Source: Octopus vulgaris (taxonomy: Eukaryota). From it: a DNA stretch of 64,000 bases. The notes below the pieces were generated by a model, which was not told the origin of the DNA, did not search any database, and saw only the letters and a program-made list of their open reading frames with translations. The stretch is taken from positions 171,740,001 through 171,804,000 of the forward strand of contig OX597816.1 of NCBI GenBank assembly GCA_951406725.2, written 5' to 3'. Positions 41,967 through 56,560 of this stretch are shown here, in pieces; the first letter of the stretch is position 1; the number at the start of each line of letters is the position of its first letter. A program made the position numbers and the translations under genes.

Positions 41967-42685
41967 TGTATGTATGTATGTATGTATGTATGTATGTATG
42001 TATGTATGTATGTATGTATGTATGTATGTATGTATGTATGTATGTATGTATGTATGTATGTATGTATGTATGTATGTATGTATGTATGTATGTATGTATG
42101 TATGTATGTGTGTATGTATGTATGTAATGTATGTATGTATGTATGTGTGTATGTATGTATGTAATGTATGTATGTATGTATGTATGTATGTAATGTATGT
42201 ATGTATGTATGTATGTAATGTATGTATGTATGTATGTATGTATGTACGTATGTACGTATGTATGTATGTATATAATGTATGTATGTATGTAATGTATGTA
42301 TGTATGTATGTATGTATGTATGTATGTATGTATGTATGTACGTATGTACGTATGTATGTATGTATGTAATGTATGTATGTATGTAATGTATGTATGTATG
42401 TATGTATGTATGTATGTATGTATGTATGTACGTATGTACGTATGTATGTATGTATGTACGTATGTATGTATGTATGTATGTATGTAATGTATGTATGTAT
42501 GTATGCAAGTATGTATGTATGTATGTAATGTATGTATGTATGTACGTATGTATGTATGTATGTATGTATGTATGTATGTATGTATGTATGTATGTATGTA
42601 TGTATGTATGTATGTATGTATGTATGTGTGTATGTATGTATGTATGGATGGATGGCTGTATGTGTGTGTGCGTGTGTGTGTGTGT
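41291..42685. repeat. (TG)n followed by a ~1.3-kb (TATG)n array
   Basis: Seen directly; interrupted by recurrent TAATG and TACG variants. Confidence 0.97.
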
Positions 42686-43021
42686 ATGAGCAAATAGGCT
42701 AAAATTTTGCTTTACATGCACATTTTGGTATGTATTACTAGGATTCTCTCTCTAACATTTTACAACCTGTACAAGCGAATGCTTGGAAAACAATACAGGG
42801 ATTTTGAAAGAAGTTTCTATAAAACCAGTTTTAACCATCGTATGGCTATGGTGGTCCACTCGAGTAAAATAGTAATCGGAAGGGTCCATAGGCTGAGAAC
42901 CCCTGATTTGGATCTGCTTCGATATAACCAAGTTTATACCCTTTCTGATTTATGTGGAGGCATTTTATAAACACTATCTTCTCTTATATTCAACGAACAA
43001 GCAAAAATGAAAAACGAAAAA

Positions 43022-43334
43022 ACATGGTTCCGGGTTCAATGTACAGACTCGAGTCGACCAAAGTCTTTATGAGTGGATTTGGCAGAAGGAAACTGAAAGA
43101 AGCCTGTCATATGTGTGTATGCGTCTTTGTGTTTGTTCCCCGCCACTGCTTGACAACTGACGTTGGTGAGTTTATGCCCACGTAACCTAGCACTTCGGCA
43201 AAAGATATCGATAGAATAAGTACCAGGCTCAAAAACAAAATGTACTGGGCTCAGTTCATTCGACTAGAAATTCTTCAAGGCTCTGCCCCAGCATGGCCGC
43301 AATCAAATGGCTGAAACAAGTAAAAGATAAAAGA
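43022..43334 (+). mobile_element. SINE family B, old and deleted
   Basis: Diverged family match. Confidence 0.75.
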
Positions 43335-43561
43335 TATATTTGGCTTTACGTAATCTATTTAGTCTTAAATAGTTTCCTTGTCCAACCATATTACTCCCTT
43401 CCCTATCTGTCCCTTTGTCTCCTTCTCTTTCTCTCTCTCTCTCTTTCTTTCTCTCTCTCTTTCTTTCTCTCTCTCTCTCTTTCTCTTATTGTCAATCGAT
43501 TCAGACGTGTATCCAGGTTCGGTTATATCAATCACATTCTGTCAAACTTGCTCTTATTTCT

Positions 43562-43730
43562 ATACACATTCCTTACATCCTTCAAGCTTATAATACTGCT
43601 TTTGACTTCTCACTAGTCTTCCGCACACAGGTTTCACGAAAATGTAACACCAAACATGGCCTGTCACTTTGAATGCCGGTCCTTGAACCCTTGAAATCAG
43701 GACATAGCAATTTAACCCTCTTTGACATCA

Positions 43731-43783
<53 letters not shown>

Positions 43784-44002
43784 CGCGCGCGCATATTCTT
43801 TTACTTGTTTCAATCATTTGACTGTGGCCATGCTGGACGCACCACCTTGAAGGGTTTTAGTCGAACAAGTTAACTTCAAGACTTACTTTTTTATACCTAC
43901 TACTTTTTCTATCGGTCTCTTTTTGCTGAACCGCTAGTTACGGGGACATAAACACACTAGCACCGGTTGTCAAGCCATGCACATACTCACACACACACAC
44001 AT

Positions 44003-44044
<42 letters not shown>

Positions 44045-44226
44045 TAGAAAAAACCCACCTTTCATCAATTCAATAATGAAAAATTAAATTATACCATTTA
44101 GAAAAATTACATATTATAGAAAGATTAAATATAAGATAAAACATATAACAATAATTAAGTAATGTGAAAAATAATAAATAAAACATATATATATATATAT
44201 ATATATATACACATCTATCTATCTAT

Positions 44227-44319
<93 letters not shown>

Positions 44320-44483
44320 AAAGGGCTTAGTAAAATAAATTACTTTGCCGCATACTGAACTCATTAGAAATAGCAGCTAAAAAACTTTCTTAAAAACCAT
44401 TTCTAATACTTAAAGAAAATCTCTCTTGTATAGTGTTTGGTCAACTCAACTCACGAAATTATCTATTATAGATAGATAGATAG

Positions 44484-44520
<37 letters not shown>

Positions 44521-44657
44521 TTATTTATTATTTTTCACATTACTTAATTATTGTTATATGTTTTATCTTATATTTAATCTTTCTATAATATGTAATTTTT
44601 CTAAATGGTATAATTTAATTTTTCATTATTGAATTGATGAAAGGTGGGTTTTTTCTA

Positions 44658-44706
<49 letters not shown>

Positions 44707-44923
44707 GTGTGTGTGTGTGAGTATGTGCATGGCTTGACAACCGGTGCTAGTGTGTTTATGTCCCCGTAACTAGCGGTTCAGCAAAAAGAGACCGATAGAA
44801 AAAGTAGTAGGTATAAAAAAGTAAGTCTTGAAGTTAACTTGTTCGACTAAAACCCTTCAAGGTGGTGCGTCCAGCATGGCCACAATCAAATGATTGAAAC
44901 AAGTAAAAGAATATGCGCGCGCG

Positions 44924-44962
<39 letters not shown>

Positions 44963-45131
44963 TGATGTCAAAGAGGGTTAAATTGCTATGTCCTGATTTC
45001 AAGGGTTCAAGGACCGGCATTCAAAGTGACAGGCCATGTTTGGTGTTACATTTTCGTGATGCCTGTGTGCGGAAGACTAGTGAGAAGTCAAAAGCAGTAT
45101 TATAAGCTTGAAGGATGTAAGGAATGTGTAT
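43562..45131. repeat. Large inverted duplication (arms 43562-44234 and 44464-45131, 229-bp spacer)
   Basis: Arms are reverse complements apart from microsatellite lengths and about three substitutions found by eye. Confidence 0.93.
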
Positions 45132-45194
<63 letters not shown>

Positions 45195-45199
45195 TATAC

Positions 45200-45350
45200 A
45201 CGACGTGCTTCTTTCGGTTTCTACCAAATCCACTCACAAGGCTTTCGTCGGCCCGAGGTTGTCGTAGAAAACACTTACCCATAGTGTCACGCAATGGGAC
45301 TAAACACGGAACAATATGGTTGGGAAGCAATCTTTTTACATCGCAGTCAC
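45200..45350 (-). mobile_element. SINE family B left half; its right half lies at 43795-43980
   Basis: Diverged head on the minus strand, separated from its tail by the inverted duplication. Confidence 0.7.
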
Positions 45351-45491
45351 ATATGCATATATGTATATGTGTATGCATATCAAACATATTTTGCCGGGCG
45401 GCACTTTCGTGAGGCAGTGAATCTGTAACTCTCTCCGAAACGCAGACTTGGACAAGATGAAAGGGCAGCGGTTGCTCATTCTCTCTCTCTT

Positions 45492-45682
45492 TTCTCTTTT
45501 ATACTCGTTTCAGTCATTTGACTGCGGCCATGCTGGAGCACCGCCTTTAGTCAAGCAAATCGACCCCGGGACTTATTCTTTGTAAGCCCAGTACTTATTC
45601 TATCGGTCTCTTTTGCCGAACCGCTAAGTGACGGGAACATAAACACACCAGCATTGGTTGTCAAGCAATGCTACGGGGACAA

Positions 45683-45715
<33 letters not shown>

Positions 45716-45880
45716 CATATATACGACAGGCTTCTTTCAGTTTCCGTCTACCAAATCCACTCACAAGGCATTGGTCGGCCCGGGGCTATAGCAGAAGACA
45801 TTTGCCCAAGATGCCACGCAGTGGGACTGAACCCTGAACCATGTGGTTGGTTAGCAAGCTACTTACCACACAGCCACTCC
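45492..45880 (-). mobile_element. SINE family B
   Basis: Family match across both halves. Confidence 0.9.
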
Positions 45881-46096
45881 ATGCAAATCTCCATGCAAAT
45901 CTTCCTTCCTTCCTCAAGTTGTTTTTTTTTTTGTAAGGCGCTAGCATCATCTGGAAAATCTTCAATTGAAGAGATACAAAAATTAACGAGTGTTTGAAAA
46001 TATGAATCCATTTCCTTCTATAAGTAATTCGTCAAGTATCAAAAACAAATATATATTTCAACCTGATATAGAATATTAATATTAAAGTTGTTAGTC

Positions 46097-46354
46097 CCGT
46101 GTCTCTCAACCATTCTTTTTATTACCTACAGACCCCTTCAATTCCTGTTTTACCCAGGCGGATCCTCATAGCCATTCAATGTTCAAAAAATCATATATTT
46201 TTATAATTAAATATTATCAGGAATTGTACTAAAGAATTGTTAAAATATTTTGTGCATCGTAGAAGTATGACCAATTTGTTGCCTATAAATTTTAAGAAAA
46301 AACAATCTTATATAACCTGCCACTGGCCATATGGATCTCGGTTGAGAACCACTG
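46097..46354. mobile_element. hAT (Charlie-like) MITE relic
   Basis: Right end GGTTGAGAACCACTG; degenerate left end CCGTGTCTCTCAACC. Confidence 0.5.
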
Positions 46355-46498
46355 GGTTAGTTGAAAGGGGGGGAAAAATTATTGGCTTAGTCAGAGGAGA
46401 AAATGCAACCATCATAATACTTTCCATGTGTAGCAGGAATTGTAGAAATTATCTTCAGACGAGCAATAATAATAACACGAATACTTACAACTAAGAGG

Positions 46499-46876
46499 TT
46501 GGAAGCACTCCGTCGGTTACGACGACGAGGGTTCCGGTTGACCCGATTTGACTGCTCGTGAAATTAACGTGTAAGTGGCTGAGCACTCCACAGACACGTG
46601 TACCCTTAACGTAGTTCTCGGGGATATTCAGCGTGACACAGAGAGTGACAAGGCCGGCCCTTTGAAATACAGGTACAACAGAAACAGGAAGTAAGAGTGA
46701 GAGAAAGTTGTAGTGAAAGAGTACAACAGGGATCACCACCATCCCCTGCTGGAGCCTCGTGGAGCTTTAGGTGTTTTCGCTCAATAAACGCTCACAACGC
46801 CCAGTCTGGGAATCGAAACCGCGATCCTATGACCGCGAGTCCGCTGCCCTAACCACTGGGCCATTGCCCCTCCACC
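46499..46876 (-). mobile_element. SINE head C plus tail Z
   Basis: Head as 13497, tail as 38301; 11-bp TSD CAACTAAGAGG at 46488-46498 and 46877-46887. Confidence 0.9.
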
Positions 46877-47088
46877 CAACTAAGAGGGTTCTACTAAACG
46901 CAGCCAAGAGTCACGTAGTGGTATTAAATTAGTCGACAAATCAAAGTTATCTGTTGGCCTAGAGGTTGGGGTGATAGCCTCGTTTTCGTTAGATTGTGGT
47001 TTTGTTTCCTGAGTTTTCTTCTTAAACAAGAATTTCATTTCGCGTTTCCCCATTCTTCTCAATTGCAAATAGGCACCAGTCGAGTGCT

Positions 47089-47447
47089 CATCATCATCAT
47101 TGTTCGACCGTGGTCGAGACAATGGAATTTACCATGCTACGCCAGACTTCAAGGTCCATCATGGCATTACGGAGGTCCTGTTGCTGGATGCCTGTATCCC
47201 TGGAGATTACATCAGGGTAGGAGAGTGTGCGCCCTCTGGTATTGCGAGTAGATGGCTTCCAGAGGAGAAGAGTAGAAATTACTTCTTTTTCAGCTCTACA
47301 ACAATGTCCAGCAAACTGGACTCTCCTACCTTTCACAAGAGATGACACGGGTGATAGTTTCCCATATATTTGCATTTTGGTTGGATGGTGCTTCCACGAG
47401 AGATTTTGAGCTCTCATAAGGAGGCGAGTGTAGGTTCCATCCAACCG
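47089..47447 (-). mobile_element. RTE-like LINE 3' fragment
   Basis: LDGTYTRLLMRAQNLSW...RRVQFAGHCCR...WRSMV followed by a (TGA)n tail; near-identical to 63597-63955. Confidence 0.85.
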
Positions 47448-47626
47448 AGTGCTGGTGCAGCCCTGTCTTCCTTCAGCTGTCATGTCTTTGATGTTCCATT
47501 GAATTAAATATGGGAGACCCAAGAGAGTGCCTATGTCTGCTCGTCACTAGTTAATCAATTAAGGCAATTAACGAGAGCTTGCGAAATGTTACCAATCGAA
47601 AGTATGCAATATGCTACACTCACTTG

Positions 47627-48230
47627 AGGCGGCGAGCTGGCAGAAACGTTAGCACGCCGGGTGAAATGCGCAGCCGTATTTCGTCTGCCGTCACGTTCTG
47701 AGTTCAAATTCCGCCGAGGTCGACCTTGCTTTTCATCCTTTCGGGGTCGATAAATTAAGTACCAATTACGCACTGGGGTCGATATAATCGACTTAATCCG
47801 TTTGTCTGTCCTTGTTTGTCCTCTCTGTGTTTAGCCCCTTGTGGGTAGTAAAGAAATAGAAATAGGTATTTCGGCTGCCGTTACGTTCTGAGTTCAAATT
47901 CTGCCGAGGTCGACTTTGCCTTTCATCCTTTCGGGGTCGATTAAATATGTACCAGTTACGCACTGGGGTCGATATAATCGACTTAATCCGTTTGTCTGTC
48001 CTTGTTTGTCCTCTCTGTGCTTAGCCCCTTGTGGGTAGTAAAGAAATAAGAAACGTTAGTACACCGGGCGAAATGATTAGAGGCATTTCCTCCGCCTTCA
48101 CGTTCTGAGTTCAAATTCCTCTGAGGTTGACTTTGCCTATCGATAAAATAAGTACCAGTTGAGTACTGGAGTCGATGTAATCAGCTTATTCCCTCCCCAG
48201 AAATTGCTGGCCTTGTGCCAAAATTTGAAA
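47627..48230 (+). mobile_element. Tandem family A cluster (full copy, headless copy, older variant)
   Basis: Second unit starts at GTATTTCG right after the first tail; third unit carries the alternative tail. Confidence 0.88.
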
Positions 48231-49788
48231 TTTATATGCTGCACTCACTTGACGGTGACAAACGTGGTTTATATTGTGGTAACGCGAAGCTGTTCGTACT
48301 GGATCTGATGCTAAAAAAACATCGAAGTAAGTATTTAATATCTTACGCATTGTATTTTGCATAACAAGTTGTGTTAATGTGCCTTTTCGTTCTTCTGGAG
48401 GTTTACGTAATTCAATCAGGTTTATCAATTAATGGAGCAGTATGTGTTTAGATCGTTTTGTCACATTAGACCATGGTTTATATTCTTCTTACTATCGACC
48501 GAACACATGCCTAACGTATTGTATTACTGTTCTCGTTAGTGGGTCACACACTAGGTTGATCCTGATATACGGGTAACCCAACATAACACACATGTATTCA
48601 TACGCATGCGCATATACCCATACACATACACGTACTCACACTTACATAAGCACACCCATACACATATGTACTCGCGTGAATTTCTCATATCTACAATCGC
48701 CATTTTATTAGAAAATTTGCTGAAAGTGACTTCTATAGAAAGAAAACATAATCAAGTGTGGACTGATATACTGAATATAGTTGTAGAGCAGAATTCGTGA
48801 CAGACGAACCGTAGACAGAGACTTCGCTGCGGGTTGGCTAGAAAGTTGACCAGCAGCAAAAATGGACTTCTGGGGAAGAAGAAAAATAAAAGAATGTCAA
48901 CAATGAGTGTGAAACGAATCCAAATGAACTAAACAGAAATAACTGGCAACTTAAGCCCTGATGTACGTAAAGTAATAAGCCTGTGATAAAATGTATTCTC
49001 TCTCCACTAGTTTGTTTGTGTATTGCTTAACAAAGCTATACAGTGACCATAAAATAATTTTTAATCAATTGAAATTTCACGCGTAACGAGAAGAAAAGCT
49101 ATGACAGTGTAACGTGAGGAAAGCTCTGTAACACTGGAAGGGTGCAGGTCTCATCCCTTACATTAAATTATTTGTCGAAGGAAAAGCCAAGACTTCGAAT
49201 ATCTTCAACAGCATAAATATTTTTTATTTTCTGGATTCGCAATAATATATATATATTTCCTTCAGGGCGAATCGGTAGCCTAGGAGCTAGTCACAGCTTC
49301 TTATGCACTTATATTTTGTCTCACTACTGAAAAATTTACCCCCCTCCTCGCCGACGATAGAGGATTTGGTCTAAAAATAGTTACAAATACGACGTTTCAG
49401 TTGAGTTATTCAGGCTACTTCAGCAATTTTCTTCTTTGTTTGTACGGCCATAACATGTTAGAATGGAACAACTGAACCATGAAAACTATCGAGCTGTGGG
49501 AAATTTAATATATATCTTAATTCTTTTACTAGACGTCAATGTATGTCTGCCTATAGAAAAAAAAAGTCAACAAAAGAAAGGAAAAACCGCCCTCGATATT
49601 CTGACGTCATCAGGCTATAAAAGAAAGTGAATAAGAGCAATGTAAAATAGAATAAACGAATCATTTTTCATGAACGAAAAGAAAAAAATGTATTGTGCTG
49701 TTTAAAAGAGGTTCTGTTTCTGTAGGTGAAGGACGGGTGCAAACAGTTTTTGTAATACTTGATTGCATACATGAAAACCTATCATCTA

Positions 49789-50570
49789 TTGGGTTGGCAA
49801 CTAAGTTCCTGCCGTTATTATAAAATTTGGAATTTATCGTGTTTTTAAATTTTGGAATCTGTTTTCTCGAGAATTCTGTTTTTGAATCATTTTGGAATCT
49901 AATTTGTTTTTTGATTTTTTTTCTTGTTAATTTTAGTTAATTTTTGTTTATTTTCAGATCATTAAAATGGAGTGTCAAGTTAAGAAAAACGAGCATTTTT
50001 GACACCTTTTTGTTTTTAATCAAGGTTCTAAGGCCACAAAAGCTGCTCGCGACATTTGGGCTGTGTATAGAGAGGGTGCCATAGCTGAAAGAACCACTCG
50101 TGATCGGTATGCCAAGTTCAAAAGTCGAAATTTTGACCTCAAAGACGCACCTCGTTCTAGCCGTCCAGTTGAGTTCGATGAAGAGCGATTAAACCAACTT
50201 TTGCACGAAAATTCTCGACAACCGACAAAGGAACTGGCAGAGAAAATGGAATGCTCCCACTCTGCTATAGAGAAGCATCTTCACTCGATGGGAAAGGTTC
50301 AGAAGTATGGAGCCTGGGGTCTTCATGATTTAAGTGACAACAACAAAAATCAACGAGCCACAATCTCCGCTAGTTTGCTTGCTCGTCACCGCTCAGCTCA
50401 TGGACACAAGCAACGATTTCTCTACCGAATCGTTACTGGCGACGAAAAATGGTGCCTGTACATTAATATGAAGCAGTGTAAGGAATGATATGCGCGGAGT
50501 TTCAATACTGATGCAGAATTGAGAGCTTGATTGGATCAATTTTTTGAGTCGAAATCGGGTGATTTCTACC
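49789..50570 (+). mobile_element. mariner transposon relic with internally deleted transposase
   Basis: TA plus TTGGGTTGGCAACTAAGT left TIR; ATG at 49967; DLKDAPRSSRP, WGLHDL (WVPHEL-like) and IVTGDEKW motifs; deletion after ~50487; right TIR not found. Confidence 0.88.
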
Positions 50571-51106
50571 TTAAGCCATAAGAAAAAAAGAAAAGAAAAA
50601 AAACCCAATTTTATTGGATAGCCGTTGACTCTCAAGAGTTCCTCCGCCCTTTGATGGGTTTTGTTTTTCATCCCGCAGGGTGTCCGATAAACACCCTCCT
50701 CACCAAGCAACCTTGGTGGGGTTGCCGGTTTAGTAGCCGTCGGTCCGACCATACATACATACATACATACATACATACATACATACATACATACATACAT
50801 ACATACGTACATATCAGTGGCGAACCCGGAACTCAGGCTGGTCGAGTATAAATTTAGTAAAGTGAACGTGTATTTAATTTCTGCCAACACTGACTTCAAG
50901 TATGTAATTTCAGCCAGTAATTCGGGCTCCTTTAATTGAGCCTGGTCGCAGTAGTTCATTTATTTTCGTTCAGCGTCTGGCGGTCGTCTTAGAGGTGCCC
51001 AGTGTCAATAAATATCATTTGTAGCAGACGTTCTCTCGACATCATTCACACGCGCCTGACTCGGGCTCAGTAGTTCTCGAGTTTTGGGGATTCACACAGA
51101 CGGACA

Positions 51107-51149
<43 letters not shown>

Positions 51150-51172
51150 TCTCATCTTTATATATAGAGATA

Positions 51173-51760
51173 TAAGGTGCGGTGAATATATTGTCGTCTA
51201 AATTACGTAAAAATGAAAATAAAACTGATATCTCATTTCAACAGAAATATTTACCAAAATTACATAAAAAATATCTTGAAAGTAAATTTATTCAATAAAA
51301 TCGCCATTGACTTCAACTATGGCCTCCAGAAGACTTCGGAATCTCCTCCAATTCTTCTGGACAGTCTCCTTGTTTAAGTTGGTGAATACTTCCATAATCT
51401 TTGCCTTCAGTTCATTTTTGGTGTTACAAGGAGTTTTGTTGGTCTCTGGCTCAAATGCACTCCACACATAAAAATCAGCGGGGTTGAAGTCTGAGGAGTT
51501 AGGAGTTAGGTAGCCAGATGTTAGGTCGCAGAAATTGTCTGACAGCCATGACTAGGTTCTCCTGCTTGTGTGGCATGGTACAGAGTCCTGTTGCCAGACA
51601 TAGGGTCTTCCATCAGCCACCCTCTTAACCCAGGACAGCACTACCTCCTCCAGGCGCTTGATATATGCCTCCGTGTTGAGTCTGAGGCCGTGTCAGCGTT
51701 TCTGTCTCAACAAGTGTCGTCAGTACAAGAATTGCCTTATCATGCCGTCGATAGATAGGA
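51173..51760 (-). mobile_element. DD37D/maT-like transposase C-terminal relic
   Basis: Minus-strand reading by eye: GRPYVWQQDSVPCHTS...SDFNPADFYVWSAFE...NGDFIE, with stops and indels. Confidence 0.7.
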
Positions 51761-51791
51761 CATTGGACACGTAGACACACCCAAGCACGCG

Positions 51792-51854
<63 letters not shown>

Positions 51855-51945
51855 TTGATAAGTGTCATGCTCGAAAGTCAGAGTCCTTGAGTCACTTTCG
51901 TAAATTTCTGCCGATTTAAAAAATAAAAGTCTGTGCGTGTATTCA

Positions 51946-52038
<93 letters not shown>

Positions 52039-52065
52039 GTGTGTCTGCGTGTCTATCTGACTGTA

Positions 52066-52120
<55 letters not shown>
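51946..52120. repeat. (ATCT)n array, left part
   Basis: Seen directly; contains one GTGTGTCTGCGTGTCTATCTGACTGT variant unit. Confidence 0.95.
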
Positions 52121-53210
52121 GGCACCGCGAGTGTCGCGTTGCTCTCAAGCAACTCTGCCATCCTGGGTCGACCTTGAGTGACTTCAACACAACCAAAGCA
52201 TTCTATAGGGGTTTAGTGGAGGGGAGGTACGACGACGAGCTCGGGGCGAACCTGGACGTCGACAAGGAGTACCTGACCCGCCTGTTCAGGACGACTTTCG
52301 GGCCAGGGCCCATGGACAACTTCCAGAGATCCCTGGCCTGGCAGTGCTACCGAGAAGCGCTACCCGTTCGGGATAAGCTCTACAGACACGGCTCGAGAAA
52401 CACGGGGCCGACCTGCCCGAGATGCGGTCAGAGCGACGAAACCGTTCTGCACGCACTCGTGCAGTGTCCAACAATTTCCGACCTGTGGGCTTGTGTCGAA
52501 CAACTGCTGTCACGTGTGGGACGAGTCGGTTTATCAGCTGAGTCTATCGTTAATATTGTCACGCCTCCCTCCTTCAAACGGGAAGGAAGAACTATTTTCA
52601 TCATCCTTGTGGCTATGGCGAAAGAATGTATCTGGTGGACGCGTCTGAAAGGATTGGAGACAAACACTTTCCTCTCTGGTCAATCTCTCATCAACTTCTT
52701 CAAGTACCACTTGAAAAGGAAAGTGAGAGTAGAGAGGCAAGTTTTGTCTAGCGAATGTTTTAAAAAAAGATGGGTGAATGTAGCAAGAATGGCACGTATG
52801 AATGACGAAGCCACCTTGAGCATGATCCTATGAACCCAGAAATTGAAAACAGAGAGTTGCTTATTTGCAAAAAAAGAAAAAAAAGAAAAATATATAACAT
52901 GTGACTCCATTGACCGAGGTTACCGTGGTCTTTTCCGTAGGCTTTTCTTTCCACGGGTAAACCTCACCTGTCCTCCCCTTTACACTTCATATTGACATTT
53001 CTGTGATAACGATCCCTATTGATCAATTTTTTTTTTCCCTCTCCCCCCTTTTTTTAACCCCCCATTTTTTGTCCTCTTTCTCTCCTTTTACGATCCCTTT
53101 TGATCGAAACTCCCCCTTCCTTTTTTTTTTTTTTTTAAACCTTCAAAAGAAAAGCTCTACCTTGTAATTTGTTCTATCTGTGTGCAGCCCTGTGTGGCTA
53201 ATAAAGAAAC
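52121..53210 (+). mobile_element. 5'-truncated Tx1/L1-clade LINE (zf-RVT C-terminus plus 3' UTR)
   Basis: Frame open to 52833 with LAWQCYREALPVRDKL...CPRCGQSDETVLHALVQCP; pyrimidine-rich 3' UTR; AATAAA at 53200-53205; both ends abut (ATCT)n. Confidence 0.88.
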
Positions 53211-53800
<590 letters not shown>

Positions 53801-54162
53801 ATGTATCCACCAGTAGTATCGAGCTACTTCTGCTTTAAGCCATAATAAACAAAGTTACTGAGGTACAGCAATATGAAAGGGCATCTACAGATCTGGATAG
53901 AATTCCTTCTTGCACGCTTGTAGAGAATTCTTTTATAAGTATGCGGTTTTGCATCGATTATTACTTGAACTATAACCGACACATCTGCATACGTAGGTGG
54001 AGATTGTGTGCGCGTGTGTGGTATGTGTAAGCTCGCGTGTAATTGAGGTTAGGTTTGGACGTGTGAAATATAAAAAAAATAGGAGTGGAAGTTAAGTGGG
54101 TGGATGACAAAGGTTATATTTTTGACTCCACCCCACATACAGAAATATGTATAACAATGTAT

Positions 54163-54230
<68 letters not shown>

Positions 54231-54796
54231 GTTTATATAACCGTCTAAGAATCCATAAGTCAGAAAAAAGTGGACTCATAAATTTGTCAGTAGAATGGAT
54301 ATATAATTCTATATCGTCTCTTAAAATTTATAGTGCTATATATAAAATCTATAGTGTTATATAAACTCTTATTCGATGTTTGTCATTTGCCACACTGCAT
54401 TTATAAGGTACATATTTTCGTAAACAAAATCCAGCGAGCGGACACAATTCGGGGACACTACAATTACAAGTTTTTGCATTCCTCTCTTTAATTTTACTCT
54501 GATTTATTAAGGTTGTGTTGGGTTGGCCAATGTTTAGTTGGGATTCATTGCGTTTAGATTTAGACTTACTTTTTTGTTTTATTGATTTTATTTGGACTTA
54601 AATGGTGTACTTTATGGTGATCTAAGCTTTTAATCGTTTGAAGTTGGAGTTTATTTCTATTTGTGGATGCAATTATAGATACTAAATACGGCGTGGTAAA
54701 GTAAGATAACTACATATGTTCATTGTAGTTTGCCTAATTCGAACTTACAACATTCCATTTATATATAAGTATATATATATACTTATGTTGATTCGC

Positions 54797-55131
<335 letters not shown>

Positions 55132-55835
55132 TACACACTATTTAAATTTGAACTACTATTAGTTTTACGTTCGAAAACACAACAAACAAGAAAGCCTATA
55201 TATCAAGCCTTGTTTTTCCAAGCAATCTCTCAGACCCTAATATACAACCTTTTTTTGACAAGAAAAAAAATAAAGAAAGAAAAAGACGCCGGTCTTTTAG
55301 AGAACACGAGAACGGATGAGAGGAGGAAAAGCGAAATAATTAAAAGCAAAAAGTGTAATGGGAAAAAAAGAAAATAGAGAAATTAAATCAAGTGTTGCGT
55401 CCTTTTCTCCTTTCGAATCAGGATTAATAAGGATAGTGTTCCGATCAGAAGTGATAAGTTTGGTATAACTTAATTCAACAGGGAGGAGGTCAAACTAACT
55501 CTGTATGACTGCATATTTAATCCGCAGTGGATTGTATCCTTCAGTTCAACAAAAGAAATTTGTCCACGTGTTAACAGTTGGTAAAAATTTGTGATCTAGA
55601 ATTTAGTTAGGCCCTTGGACTTTTTAGACGTAAAAAGAATATGAGATCTTTTGGCTACACAAAGCCGGTATCTCTTTGATCCGTCGATGGTGGATAGTAT
55701 GCAGCTGTGTTCAGCTATGTTATCTCTTTGAGTCTTTCACACTCATATATTCAGCAATTGTTTCAGTAGCAGTGCGCTTCGAACTACGTTAAATGTATAT
55801 AATTTTGTGTAATAAAGTACAAATACTCTTATATA

Positions 55836-56242
55836 GGCGCAGGAGTGGCTGTGTGGTAAGTAGCTTGTTTACCAACCACATGGTTCCGGGTTCAGTCCCA
55901 CTGCGTGGCACCTTGGGCAAGTGTCTTCTACTATAGCCTCGGGCCGACCAAACCCTTGTGAGTGGATTTGGTAGACGGAAACTGAAAGAAGCCCGTCGTA
56001 TATATCTATATATATATATGTATGTGTATGCGTGTATGTTTGTGTGTCTGTGTTTGTCCCCCCAACATCGCTTGACAACCGATGCTGGTGTGTTTAGCGG
56101 TTCGGTGGTTCGGCAAAAGAGACCGATAGAATAAGTACTGGGCTTACAAAGAATAAGTCCCGGGGTCGAGTTGCTCGATTAAAGGTGGTGCTCCAGCATG
56201 GCCGCAGTCAAATGACTGAAACAAGTAAAGGAGTAAAAAGAG
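55836..56242 (+). mobile_element. SINE family B
   Basis: Family match across both halves. Confidence 0.9.
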
Positions 56243-56520
56243 AGAGTTATAAAATTCTCTTATACGTCGTGATCTTAATAAATCCAAATTATGTGTCTTC
56301 GTGCGTATATGTGTGTGTGTGTGCATGTATCTATGTTTATGTGTGTATGTAACCGAAGACTGTGTGATTTCATTATTTTTCTTTTTTTTTGCCATATGTG
56401 AGTTACAAATATTGTTGTCTGTGGAGACTTATTTTTGTAGTAAAAGGAAATAGTAGTCTTTTGGCTACTATTTCTAAAATTTTCGGTATGTGGTTTAAGC
56501 AACTTGTTGCAAAAAACCCT

Positions 56521-56560
<40 letters not shown>

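Noticed and set aside
41257-42721. ORFs of up to 480 aa (HTYI and MYVC repeats)
   Set aside because: Stop-free readings of the (TATG)n array. The same applies to the poly-IY, poly-N, poly-I, poly-Y, poly-V and IYLS ORFs elsewhere.
50810-51170. Third Helitron on the minus strand (TCTCTATATATAAAG start)
   Set aside because: The 5' end resembles the other Helitrons, but no CTAG end or hairpin was found.
51937-52120. N-terminal part of the 298-aa ORF
   Set aside because: Microsatellite that happens to be in frame with the truncated LINE ORF; not a real N-terminus.
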